Shown: positions 22,458 through 34,833 of the stretch, one piece after another
Layout: each line of letters starts with the position of its first letter
How positions within the stretch are numbered: the stretch's first letter is position 1
Assembly (NCBI GenBank): GCA_000320545.1
Contig: ADNK01000834.1
Coordinates: 1-38,713 of the forward strand
Length of the DNA: 38,713 bases
Origin: Bigelowiella natans CCMP2755
Taxonomy: Eukaryota > Protista > Cercozoa
Reading direction: 5' to 3'
Notes under the pieces: generated by a model
What the model was told of the DNA's origin: nothing
The model's input: only the letters and a program-made list of their open reading frames with translations
Databases searched by the model: none
Position numbers and translations under genes: made by a program

Positions 22458-23459
22458 TTAATGCGGATGCCATGCTGATTGATACTGAAGGACAACAGCC
22501 TCAGCCGCCGTCTGCAAAGTCAGAGCTTGCTCATCAGTGAGGGGGATGTCTCCGAAATCCGTCTCTGTTACTAGCGGCTTGGCAGCCCCGACCGGCGATT
22601 TACCGAAGAGGGAGGCGTAGAAGACTAGTGCGTTGAGATATGCCCCGGCGATGTTCGGATGCTTGTCTACGTTTCCATCCGGGTAGACACGATATAACAT
22701 GTACTCGGGGAGCGATGCATTTGGAACCCTCAGCGGCAGGGTGAGATTACCCTTAATCTGGCTGCCATACTCCGCGTCGATGGCCTCCTTGCAATCTCCC
22801 GGGATCTCCGTGGAGCCTCGCACAACCTGCCATGCCAGCCCAGCCGGCACGACTCCGTGGATGTAATGCCGGAAGTGCTCCATCGTGTCGAGGTAGCCAC
22901 GCGCCACAGCATACCCCATGCATTCGAAGCTTTGCACGGAGAGGCGGTACTGCTGGCTCTTGGTGCAGTCGGGCTCGGTCAGGTCCGCAAGCGATCCCAG
23001 GGGGAAACACTTCTTGGTGTCCGATGTAGGACAGTCTTGTGTGAGGCCCTCGTTGTAGCCCCAGGTGAGATAGAGCAGGATCTTCGTGGAAGAGCCACCC
23101 CTCCTCATCCGGATGAAGTCGTCCACCGCGGGCCGCAGGTACTTTTCGCGGGCGGTAGCGACGGTCGGGAGCAAGCTGTAGTCCTGCAAGACAATGAAAT
23201 CCCAGTCCTCCTCGAGGAGACGCGCGGTGAGATTGTCCCGCCCCGCAGTCTGGGCGAAGAGGGTGCAGCCCCCAATCGTCGAGGTGTTGTACTGGATGCC
23301 GTCTCCCAGCGAGGTGGCGATGTTCTGAATCTGCGCCGGCATATCGTTCACAAAGGTGAACGAGTTGCCTACAAAGAGAACCCTCGGCACAGCGGCCCCA
23401 GCAGATGTGGCGAGGAAGGCGAGCAGGATGCACGCGAGGGGGCGGGCGGCCATTATCAT
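22458..23459 (-). CDS. Secreted SGNH/GDSL-type hydrolase (DUF4886-like), intronless
   Basis: 333-aa GC-rich ORF. Signal peptide (ACILLAFLATSAGA), block I RVLFVGNSFT, WDFIVLQ, YLTWGY, VVPAGLAW and C-terminal DKHPNIAGAYL (D-x-H). Confidence 0.88.
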   Translation of the reverse strand: MIMAARPLACILLAFLATSAGAAVPRVLFVGNSFTFVNDMPAQIQNIATSLGDGIQYNTSTIGGCTLFAQTAGRDNLTARLLEEDWDFIVLQDYSLLPTVATAREKYLRPAVDDFIRMRRGGSSTKILLYLTWGYNEGLTQDCPTSDTKKCFPLGSLADLTEPDCTKSQQYRLSVQSFECMGYAVARGYLDTMEHFRHYIHGVVPAGLAWQVVRGSTEIPGDCKEAIDAEYGSQIKGNLTLPLRVPNASLPEYMLYRVYPDGNVDKHPNIAGAYLNALVFYASLFGKSPVGAAKPLVTETDFGDIPLTDEQALTLQTAAEAVVLQYQSAWHPH

Positions 23460-23877
23460 GATGCACAGCTGATGGTGTCGCCGCTGATGATTAAGACCGA
23501 AAACGTCAGAGTTTGGTTTTCCTTCAGGCGAATTAAAACTATATTTTATACTGCGACATACATAAATTTATATCGCATGTAATAAATATAACGTATTTGT
23601 ATGATATTCTGCCGTTGTTTCTACAAAACTCGATGCGGGGCCTCGGGACAGTTTCTGCCTCAAAACGCAGCTGGCACTGATACCAAGAAACATCTGAAAA
23701 AGTCTGCCACAATATAGACTTGTAAGCATGATTTAGAAAATATTTATAGGATATATTATTGATATTTTTCCGTAGGTGAAATTTCATTGAGCAGCGTCTC
23801 TATCGAGGGTGGGGTACACGTGGCACCACACGCTGTTCAGGGGCGGGTTGACTTATCGCTTTTCTTCTTCCGAGATC

Positions 23878-26147
23878 ATGGCCGGCCCTCTTCCTCTGCC
23901 ATTCGCCGTTGTGCTGCTGGCTGCTGCCTCTGTCTATGGCGGAGCTCAAAGATCATTGAGATCCTGTACCGGGACAACGCGAGTGAGCGACAAACTCCTT
24001 GTGCCTTCGACGTGTTTTTTTTTGGGGGCGTGTGTATATGCACGTAGTACGTACAAGCGCATAAATCTTGGTTGCTCCGTCTAACAGCGGCATGATTTCG
24101 GCCTTTTTATTGCTTTGTAATTTGGGAACATCGCAGCCTGCTCGGATGGCAGCGGCCCGCGTAAGAAGCAGACAGAGGTCCTTCCTTGTGTCTCTCTCTC
24201 GAGAGGCAATGAGTAGTTCGCCGAGCATGCACAGTGAACTACACTCTTTGGCAAGGATTTCAACATGACGCGTTTAATAACAACATATGCTCAGCCGCGC
24301 TCAAGCAGACGGGGGTCGCTCGCTGAAAGTCCGACTCCCACATATGGCACGTCGCAATCTCCTTGCTGCAGGTTTGACACCGCTGCCTCGTATAATAGAA
24401 GACAGTGATGAATACGCAGCCGGGAGAAGAAACCATTACACATTGCAGCTCGAGATAGAATACATTTCTATCACTTGATAGTTCCGACACGATGCGATAC
24501 GCCTTGATGATGCTTTAGGCACCACCATCACTGCCCTGAGGGGACTCTCGTGGCTGGGGAGGTAGTAGCCCAGCACAGCTATTTGCGATTGGACATTGCA
24601 TGTTTATGATAGTGATGATGATGATGATAATGATGATAATGATGATGATGATGATGATCCAATCTGATGGTCATGAGATGATGGTGATAAAGATAACAGC
24701 TTCCATGAGTATCAGGGCTTCTTGTACGTCTGCCTTGTCGATTTAAATTAAATCATCACTATATGCCAGCAGCAGCAGATTACTCTTTCTTTCTCTTTCC
24801 CCCCCCCCTCCTTCCTCCTCTCTCCCTCTCCTCTTCCTCCTCCTCTTTCAATTCCTACAGGGATTAAGGGATCGCATCGGCCGACGAAAAGGGTCCCCCC
24901 CCCTCCACGGAAAACTTATATAAATCAGGGGTCACTGGCTACAGCTTCCGCTACCCCGGAGCGACATTCAAGCCCCCGCCAAAACTGTTGAAGACGCACA
25001 AGGATGAAGTCTTCTTCAAGAGCACCTTGTAGTATTTGCGACTGCTGCTACCGAAAGAATGTCACTAATAAAAGAAGCAACAGTCGTGGGGAGACATGAG
25101 TGTTTTACTGGCTCATTCGCCCCTCTTCCCCCCTCCCTCACCTCCCTCCTCCTCATTCTCCTGACCCCTTTCCCCGCTCCCCTTCCACCGCCTTGCTGCT
25201 GCTGCTGCTGTTGCTGCTGGATCATTTGAATAGGAGGAAGAAGTACAACTTCGGAGTGACGGCTGACCCTGTAACCATTGGCGCTTTGAGCGACTTTGGA
25301 TCTGTGGAGGAGGTTGCCGACAAGATCATCGCTTTAGAGCGCGACAAAGAGGTGGTGGGGGATATAATAGGGGACTTTTTCCTGCTCTATCGCGCCACGC
25401 ATCGACGTTACAACCTTCGCCGTCGCCTGCGAGAAAAATGGAGGGATTGTGAATAATGCCAAGAGAATGATCGAAATGACCGCATATATGCAGGGCGTTC
25501 TAAATGCGGAGTTGAGGAGGAGCGGCAAGACGATGGTCACCGGACACGAGTGCTACACGTTCGACTACACGTCCAACTCCACCCGGGGGAACATCCACTA
25601 CCTGTCCAACCTCGTAATCGACAACGATAAGAACCTTCACACGTTCACCATCCAGGCTAAGCAGGAGGACTTCGACGAGGTGAGTAGTGGGTTTGGTCGT
25701 CATACGTCTTTCCATCGTCGCCGTCGTTCGTAGTGGTGGGTGCGTGATAATGCCGGATGTGAGATAGAGGGAGGGATCGAAAGCGGCTAGAAACATTGGG
25801 GCTTTCGGTGGACCGAGATGCCTATATTCAGGAGGGCCATACGTGGCAGAGCAAGCTTGCTGCGATGTGTCTTCGCCAGCATTGACATCCTCCGAAACCT
25901 GTGGTGGTTTTGCGTCTGGGTGGATATAGTGCATCGTGTCGTCTCTAGCGCCGTGAATAAAAATAAAGCTAGGAGGGGGGGGGGAGGGAAAGGGAGAGGA
26001 GGACGAAGAAAAGGAAGAGGTGGAGGAGGAGGAGGGAAGGGATCGAATTTGATTTAGCCAGTAGCTAGTTTCTGAGACTCCATTTCTTTATCGCAGGTGA
26101 AAGATGAAATGACAGCAATCTTATCTTCATTTGCGTTGAAGGATTGA
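23878..26147 (+). CDS. PsbP-domain thylakoid lumen protein (PPD2-like), multi-exon
   Basis: N-terminal MAGPLPLPFAVVLLAAASVYG, then RRNLLAAG (~24350). Mature exons: GYSFRYPGATFKPPPKLLKTHKDEVFFKS|KYNFGVTADPVTIGALSDFGSVEEVADKIIALERDKE|...YTFDYTSNSTRGNIHYLSNLVIDNDKNLHTFTIQAKQEDFDE|VKDEMTAILSSFALKD*. The GYSFxYP, LxxFGxxxxVA and terminal SF patterns fit the PsbP fold. Confidence 0.82.
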
Positions 26148-26593
26148 GAGCACCATTCCCTCTGCCCTAAGCCTTCAGCGGGAAGCGCAAAGCATGCGCG
26201 TAGACAACTGCCTAGGCCTCCATACAGCATGAAGCAGACACCAGTTGCTTATGCTAAGTGTATGTGTACTTTTCGAGTATTCGAATTTTGCATGTATTGC
26301 GTACGTTGTCGTCACGCATTTCTGACACATAGATTTGGCATGCACACTAACACTTGCCAATGCACCTACTTCGGCATGGAGCGTAGGCTAGAGCTAATGC
26401 ATACGCTCAATGATGGCTCCTTCGAATTTGCAGCGGGAGTATATATGTATGGCAATTGCCTCGATGCGACTATATACTAGCATTATTGACATATGCACAT
26501 GCGTCCTCTGCTCAAATATGCTCTATGTTTAAGTTTGCTTGCACATTCATGATCGACGCACGGCACGCTTTCATTCGATCGCCTGCTGTGTTT

Positions 26594-27359
26594 CTACTCG
26601 ACAACGGTGATGGCTATCTTTGTAAAATTCGCCACCATTCCCTTCTTATCACCCTTCTTCTTTGAGGGCGCGCAGCACATTACTCCGAACAAGATTTCAT
26701 CAGCACCGCTTCCACCCTGTGATGATGCCGACGGCAGCGCGATAGGAGCCTCACGCAGAAACTTCCACTGAACTTTCGAATCATCGTCAGCAGCAGCTGC
26801 TTGATACTCTACCTTGCACTCCAACAAGCCGGCTAGGTATGAGGTTACTCGTAGTAGTCAGTACAGTGTTGTTTCATCTATATCTATGACACTCACCGTA
26901 CAGGGATGATTCTGTGTTGAAACGGCGCGGCGGCGGCAGCGACAACGATACGACAAGCTTAATAGCGCTAGAAAGGAGGAATGCGAGTATGTAGGGAGTT
27001 TTGCGGCGCGCGCAATTACCTTCTCGAAACCGCTCAGCGTGAATTCGCATCTTGACAGTCTTGGTGTCCGCGTGAGATACATCTGTTAACGTTGATTGGT
27101 GGAGGGTTAAGAGTAAAATCATTAACCGTGCTGACTTTTAAAACCAAGGATGAGTTCGCAGTCGCGGCTGTCTCACGAAGCTACAACCAAAAACCAAAGA
27201 ATATGCTGCATCGTGCTGCTCGCTCTTCGTCCACAGAGACTCAGAGCAGCAACTCTGACGCTCCGTGCACTCAGGCAAGCGAGAGTTACCTTGACTTCAC
27301 GCATTATTTCGGTCGAAGATAAGGCCAATGCATATTTTTTAAAACACATACACACACAT

Positions 27360-27416
<57 letters not shown>

Positions 27417-28141
27417 GTAATGGCTCACAGTTCCAGTCGCTGTGTAAGCGTGTAACCACACAGCTCATTTGGGGTGCGCCTTCTTCGAACTCGATCCCTC
27501 CCTGTCAGGTACAACGTCGTCACAAACCTACCCCCACCACCATCTCTCTTTAATTACTATCAGCATCACTATCAGCTCCCATCGCCTGCCATTTGAATGT
27601 CGTTGGGAGTATTTTCATTCTTTCTACCATAAATTTGACGTAGGTCGTGGGCATATCCCTTATCAATACATTCTGAGTCGCTATCATTGCGGGGAAAGAA
27701 AAGGGGGGTTGCCAACACATCCCCGCCTCACCACAACCACCACCACCACCACCTTAATCCAATTGCGAGGTCCCGTGTAGACTAGGAAACCCTGATGACC
27801 GATATTGCATTCACCGTTATTCTCCCCCACAGCGGCAACACCACTAGTAAATGCGAGGGGAGAACAAAGGAGGAGCAAGAAAACGGCGACGACGGAAGAA
27901 ACGAAGAAGACTGACGCTACTATCTTCCTTCACTTTTTGTCGGTACCGCTTGATCGTACTGCAGGACAGGATCGATAGAAAAGCAGATCTCACCCACCCA
28001 CTTATTCGCTTCCTTTGGGATCTTCGTCACGAGGGCGTGCCCATTCGTGTCGTCCGCCGGAGGAGACCTAAACTGTGTTGCATGACGACGGCGACGATGA
28101 GACAGCGACGGCAATGACGAAGAAAGCGGCGCTCTTGGTGA

Positions 28142-28184
<43 letters not shown>

Positions 28185-28438
28185 TGTGTGTGTGTGTGTG
28201 TATACAAAATTCTTTACGTCAGTAACGACGAGGGGCTCTGGAGATTTGTTGTCCTTCATATTACCTTTTTGCACCAGAAATCTGTCTTCTTCGGATCCGG
28301 CACCACCCGCAGTCCAGCGCCTCTGCGGAACTCCTTCTCCTTTGGCTCGTTCAGCCAGAAAAATCCATCTTTACTATCATTGCCCGCAGTCAAATCGAAC
28401 GACAGCGTTGGCTTCCCCTTCTCCAGCTCTTGCATCAT
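26594..28438 (-). CDS. DUF1349 (Ree1-like, concanavalin-A-like fold) protein, multi-exon
   Basis: Exons read FFWLNEPKE...LRVVPDPKKTDFWCK|TQFRSPPADDTNGHALV...PVLQYDQA|GFLVYTGPRNWIK|...GIEFEEGAPQMSCV..SDWN|...WKFLREAP...FGVMCCAPS...ANF...*. WLNEP, TDFW, YDQAG, WIKxGIE, SDW and GxMxCxP are DUF1349 hallmarks. Confidence 0.85.
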
Positions 28439-29451
28439 CGATGTTCTGTGCTTCGGGTAAGATTTGAAGGAAAGTGCACATGCTGCCAGATCAGCACAAA
28501 CGCAGCCGACATCATCGAATGACGACATTAAAATATGCTTGTCGCACATCATTATCGTCATTCGTCGTCTTTCTTTTTTCCTTTCTGGGGAGGACACGGA
28601 TGAGTCAGCGTGTCCCATGATCCTCTCGATCGCTCCCAGCATCACTTCCAGGCTCGCTCCGCGCTGAGCACGTGCCCAAGATCTTCTGTGAAACCCAACG
28701 CCTGCAGACTCGCAGAACCTCCAACCCTGGGAAACCAAACTGTAAGAAATCGCTTCTCTTCTGAATTGCAGAGCGGGTGTGAATCTTCATGACGCAGATC
28801 CACACGCAACGAAGGTCTTTCCTGACGGTGGAAATGATGCTCTTGCCCTTAGCGTTGGCTCCGACGCCATGTGCCACCACTCTAGCACTGGACTATCTAG
28901 CCATCCCCGACTCAAAACAGAACGTTGAAAAGCTGCACTTTCTTTTGGGATGTGCGTTCGCCAGCAACACAACAGCTGCATTGTGCAACGGAAATTCATT
29001 GCACATACACGTACACATGCTTGGCATGACGGCGGTGCCGTGGCAAGACTGGATGGCACTGCCCACATCGTGGCTGCGATGCGCACAAGCGTGCGTTACA
29101 GCGTGCAACAGTGTGCACGTGTGCAATGTGAACAAGCACGACGCGATTGCTAGATTGGCATGCTGTGTGTTTAGATGATGGTCTGATGTATTTGCCATGA
29201 CAAGATTAGAAACATCACTTGTTTGTTGCAAAGTGCGCAGCTTTGCTAGCTAGCTAGGTGCATTGCGATTGCTAGATTTATTGACAACCAACACAATTTG
29301 ATGTAGTTGATGCAGAATCGAAAAGAATGTCAGAAGATGCGGGATGCGCATTTGGGTCGTGTAATGAATATTTCGGTTCATGCACCAAATTGTATTGTTT
29401 GAGGTCTTGTAAATCAACACCAAACTAATCCAGCTTGATGCCTTTATCTAC

Positions 29452-30228
29452 TCATTCTCCAACCTCCCCCTCCTCTGAATTCCACAGAGGCGAAACCAGC
29501 CTTGATATCGCGACAGATTTCCTGTCGGAGCCGGCTTCGGTGTCATCGCCTACTTCCTTGTTCAGCCTGCGCGATGAGGCGGCCCTCAGCCGCTCGTCCT
29601 CTTCTATAGCCTCTATGATGGACTGGATATCCTGCTTCTTTATCTCCTCACCAAGCTGCTCCGCGTGGTTCAGGCCGCGAGGGGTGCTGCTGATTTTCCC
29701 TCGCTTGCTCTCCATCAGGGTGCGGGCGATCTCCGCCCGCTCTAGCTTGCGCCTGGCTAGCGCCTGGTTCCACAGCTTTCGAAGCGCCCTTTTCCGGCTC
29801 GTGTTGATGCGGAGCGTCTTCAGCCGCTTGTGAATGCGGTTGCGAATCACCGGCGTAATGCTATCATCCGCGCAGGCGACGCGCGCGTGGATTGAGTCAT
29901 TCTTCGCTAGAATTCGTACTGTCTCGGCTTCCCCAGCCGCATTGTTGTTCAGCCAGAGCTTGATTAGCGTCCGGTTGTGGTTCTTTAGTGTCTCGACAAG
30001 TGCTTTCACGCCGCGCTTACCGATCGCGTTGTTATCGAGTCCCAACTCGCGCAGGGAAGTGTTGACCTTTTTGTTGTTCCCGTCCATCCCCCGAATAAGC
30101 GGTTTTTCATGAATGCACATGGAATCAGTTTAACAATATAGCATCTCTTCCTCTCTCACTCTCTCTCTCCCTCTCTTGTGTGAGGGGGGTTCTTTCAACA
30201 AGAGTGCAAAAAAACTAACGCACATTGA

Positions 30229-30264
<36 letters not shown>

Positions 30265-32247
30265 GCCTTTGATCATTATTTTTTGATCCTGCAACTCGGC
30301 CTCCAACCTCGGGAGGGTGGAGGCTGAGTCGCGGAAAATATTATAAATCATCGATCAATCGATTGGCGTTTTTATGGTTAAGGCGCGCAAAACCCTTCAC
30401 AGATTCATAGGCGAATTCGCATTTATCACGTTCCCCTCGCCCTTTTACCACCTTGAGCATTTCTGCGAGGGCCAGCGCCCCGGCGTCCGTGATGCCGTTG
30501 CTCCGTAAATGCAGCACCCTCAGCTTTTGGTTGTCCTTCAGCGCGTCGGCCAAGGCGATGCATCCCTTGTCTCCAATGCTGTTGTCGTGCAAGTATATCT
30601 TCTCGACGAGAAGGTTGTTCCTGATGGCCTCCGCGAGCACCGACGCCCCGTTCGCCCGGATGAGGTTCGAGTTAATGTAGAGCGACTCAACCGGATCGAG
30701 CTCGGAGGGCTGCTCGAGCACCAGAATCCGCGCGAGCGCCACGCTGTGCTCGAAGCGAAACCCGATGTGCGAGAGATCCACGCTGCCCGCCCACTCGAAT
30801 TGCGACGAGATGATCGGGTACAGGTCGAAGAAGCTCCGCTGCTGTGCCCTGGACATGTGGTATATCCACTCGTACTCGTGGGTTGCGCCAGCAATGACGG
30901 GCCCTAACTCCTTGATGTCCGCGAGGTCCATCCCCCGCCACTCGATCTTCGCGATGCTCATGTTGCAGGAGATGGGGGACAGGGAACTGGCGCTGCCGAG
31001 CCCCAACCCGATGTTCGGGTCCGTAAGAAGCGCCCATTTGTCGTGGGGAGGGACGTCGAGATTCCGCAGCCCGTGCCGTATCTGCGTCTCGCTAGCCCAG
31101 GAGACCTTCCAGAACTCCTGCCTGGTGTCCTCGTCGACCCAGCGCAAGCTGTCGATTGCGACGGTGATTGTGGTGTTCGGGTAGAAGTGATGGAAGGCCT
31201 CCTGCAGCAGGAGCACGTCGATCTGCGAGAGCCACGTCAACGCCAGAGCGGTCCAGAGGAGGCCGATGATCGACGCCGCGTACAAGATCGCCACTGTGCC
31301 CGACATCACAATTACGCCGGTCATCAGGAAATTGCGGAACAACATGCTCAGGGCCCCTCTTGCTAGGCGCCGGCGGATATCGAGATCGTCGTCCTCTCCA
31401 TCCGGGGTATGGAGGATGCCTACTCCGAACCCCCCGCAGCAGCAACCCACGATCCTGGCGAAATGGATGAGGACGGTGTACGGCCGCGTCAAAGGGCCCA
31501 GGATCGTAGCTGAGTAGAATATTCCCAGCGTCAGCAGCGCAATGGAGACCTCTAGATTTGTGGCTCTTCGAATCAGATCCGGCCCAGTGTAGTCTTCTCC
31601 AGTTCCGAGGATGTAGATTAGGAGTAGGGCGATAATCACAAGGGGGACGGTTTGGATTCCAAGCACTACTAACGCCGCTTTAGCATCGGAGGCAACCAGA
31701 AATGCCAGGGAGATGTTATCTTTCGCATCCAGCTTAAACTTCGCTACGAAGGCGTTAGAATACTTGCAGTTTGCCCGCATAGCCTGAATAATACCATATA
31801 CCACACGGAAAGGGAAGGCTATGGTGATGCCGGCTGTGATCGAAAGCACCGCAAGTCTATCGCAACAAATGCCCCAAATGATTGATTCACAATTTCAGCC
31901 TCTACCTTTTCGAAGTTCTTCAGGTGTTCAGGAAGGCTTTTCTTGTCGACCAACGCGTTTCTACTGTCGCTGGGTTCCAACAGTTCCAGTATCGAACGAG
32001 CCCTTTCCGCGTGGAGACCTATGAGCGACGAAACACGTAATTGACCTTGCGTGTCAGGTGAATCCTCGATCTCATCATTTGTCTTCACTTCCTCAAGGTT
32101 GGGACTTGAGACAACTATGGACACTTTCTCCCTGAGCCGCTGCTTGACCTCATTCTCTCCATTGTCCTGGTCGACGGTAAGTGACGAGTTTTTTACTTCA
32201 CCTTCGGGCTGCTTCATCGCCTTATGCGTGAATTTTTCTGAGTTCAT
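29452..32247 (-). CDS. Multi-pass membrane protein with C-terminal RI-like (NLRC3-type) leucine-rich repeats and coiled coil
   Basis: Three same-strand ORFs (31819-32247, 30341-31849, 29452-30120) can be joined by introns, for example AEMLK|VNTSLREL. Several hydrophobic helices precede about five 28-aa repeats (LYINSNLIRANGASVLAEAI, IYLHDNSIGDKGCIALADAL, LHLRSNGITDAGALALAEML, LGLDNNAIGKRGVKALVETL). Confidence 0.82.
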
Positions 32248-32441
32248 ATTAATACCGATAAATTTTCGTTGCGAAAGAAATCAAAAACGTACATGCACAG
32301 CATGAGTGAGGATTGAGGCAAAAATATGACATGAAATATCGCTCTAAGCATAGAACTACCTGTTGCCCTCCTACCCCCCCCCAACACAATTCCCCTCAAG
32401 AACTAGGTTATACATCTTGAGGCAACTGGCCTTCGAAAAAA

Positions 32442-34107
32442 ATGCACAGATCAACTTCACTTCTTCCTACCCCTCTTCCTTCCCACCACTTCCTACCTCT
32501 CTTCCTTCCCAGTGTCCGTCCCTTGCTTCGTAGCGTGCTGTGCTCTGGTACGTGCCGCTCTTCCGACAGAAAGGGCAAGGTCTTTTGGCTAAAATCGTCT
32601 TCCAATCACGAATGTCGTCATTGAAAATAGCCCCCGTTTTCACCTGGTTTTTGCTGGCGCGTGCCAGATCAGGACACGGGCATTCCGAATTCCGAAGTGG
32701 CGGATTTCGCTATGCCTTCAATTGGAATACGCAACTCCCGACATGGAGGGGTACTAGCTTCAGATTGTAGGATTTGCTGAGTCCGGCCAGACGAGGAGTG
32801 AAATGTATTCCGCTTTTTGATCTGAGTAGCCGTATTCTTTGTCGCACTGGAAGAATGTCAGGGGAAAGTCGGATATTTCAACCAAATTTCAGGCTGATTG
32901 TTGTTCTATGATGGCACGAAGGTATACCCGCCCCCCTCCTTGTAGGACGTCGTTATCATGCAAACCATCTGTGAAATTTCAGATAGAATGGAAAATTCAT
33001 GGATTATATGAGAGTTACGTTAATTTCCTATACATCCAACCCAGAATGCTCGCATTGAGCAAATTTTGACGAGGATAGGATGGCTATTTCGCATCTGACT
33101 TAAGTTCTATTTCTAGGGGTACCTTAACTTTGGGTCTTGCGATAGCCGCGTCCCTCTGCATTGTGACCTTCCTGGCTATAGCCAGCTCGCAGTCTCGCAC
33201 CGGTCCTCTGCAAGGTACGTCTCTAGAAAACACCGAAAGGGGTAAGGTGTGTTGGTGGCACTCGGAAGATGTAATCTGACTTTTCATTCGTCGCACGCAC
33301 ACCACAGTTGGCATCAGGAATATTCGATGCCAGTCTAGGTCGGCAGATCGGTTTTCTTTAGGGACTATCAACAAACCAAAGTTTTATGTTGCGCGAAAAA
33401 GTCACTTTCGTCCAGGGTTCATCGCAAGGGCTGGAATTGAAGCCCTTGACAATGGAGTAATGGAGGGCTTCGAGCTTAAACCTATCGAGGAATCTGCTGT
33501 TGAACAAGCAGAAGTGGTAGGGCTTTAAAAATACGGTATAAATAAAGCGTTATCACAGCCTTATCGCACCTGGAATTCCTGCACCTCAGACTCTTGCGGA
33601 ATGGTACCTAGAGATTCAGATGAATGACTCCTTCGACATCGGTGAGACGGAATACTTCATGCTGATGAGAAAAGTCTTCGTTGTCGTTTTCCGAATGATG
33701 TTATATGCTGCTGCCTTTCTCATTATCGCTCTCTTCCTTGTCTCTCTGCATTTACCAAATAGCACAAATCGATCTGAACATCATCAAATGCTCTTTCGCA
33801 TACCACCCCTCCGCACTCGCATAAAATACACAATAATTGAGATAACCAGAGTTGTTTCATTCTTTTCACAATTGTACCACCGTTGTCATATCATCATTAT
33901 TATAACTTCCACCATTATTGAATACACTTCTCTATTTTTAGACGATGGTTTCACTGAAGAGGCAAAGTCGTTTACCAAGGCTTTCAAAGCAAGACTAAAT
34001 GGTTGTTTAGTAAAAGAAACTCCTACGAAGGATTAGAATTTTTTCATTACTTTAATAAAGTCACATTATGTTCAGTTATATGCAAATATTATAAATATAA
34101 TATATAC

Positions 34108-34149
<42 letters not shown>

Positions 34150-34172
34150 CTATATAGAAGAGTAAATATATT

Positions 34173-34211
<39 letters not shown>

Positions 34212-34833
34212 GTGTTGAATGCAAGTGGAAAGGGTAGTATGCTGGTCAAAAATCATGTCTGATGGTCTTTAATTTGTATTAAGCTGACGGCGAGAAAGCG
34301 CTGGCACTTACGAAGGTTCTGTTTACGATGATCCTCCCGATATGCAAGAAAACCTCATTCCACCACTACCTGGTCATCAGGACGGCAATCAACACGCGAT
34401 GATCTCCGTGTCTGGATGGCGGTTAAATGCTATCGTTGTGTCTCCGTTCGAGGCAGATGCAAAGGTAGGCAAAGGAACAGTACAACACATACAATTCTGC
34501 TATATGCGTAGCTCTTGGGTTTATCTTGCTGTCCAAAGCTTGAAATTTGCGATAACACAATATGGCGTGCTGCTAGGCAAATGCTGAGAAGCTGTTGACA
34601 ACCCTCAAATCTAAGGCTGAGGCCGAGGTAACTTTTAACATGCTTAGCTGACGATAGAAAGATAAAGGGATTCATTCCCTCAAAGTTGGCATATTTTAAG
34701 GGATGTAGATGATTTCTCCTCCGACATTTTTCCTACTGTAGACATCACGATTTGTTTCGAAATGCAGGGAGAAAAACTGGATATGCCCGTGGCGGAGCAA
34801 CTTGCACCCTTTGGTCTTGAATCCTTCGCTTAA
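32442..34833 (+). CDS. Hypothetical multi-exon protein (boundaries approximate)
   Basis: A series of AG..GT-bounded open segments with protein-like composition: GFIARAGIEALDNGVMEGFELKPIEESAVEQAEV, TLAEWYLEIQMNDSFDIGETEYFMLMRK, DGFTEEAKSFTKAFKARLN, ANAEKLLTTLKSKAEAE, GEKLDMPVAEQLAPFGLESFA*. I recognise no family and did not reconstruct the full frame. Confidence 0.4.

Noticed and set aside
22753-23582. Long alternative-frame and antisense ORFs over the SGNH gene (also over the LRR gene at 30450-31520)
   Set aside because: Expected shadow ORFs of high-GC coding sequence; no motifs.
23700-32345. AAAATAT and GCGACA/TGTCGC words recurring in divergent intergenic gaps (~23550, 23737, 28530, 32320)
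   Set aside because: Too short and AT-rich to call a promoter motif without enrichment statistics.
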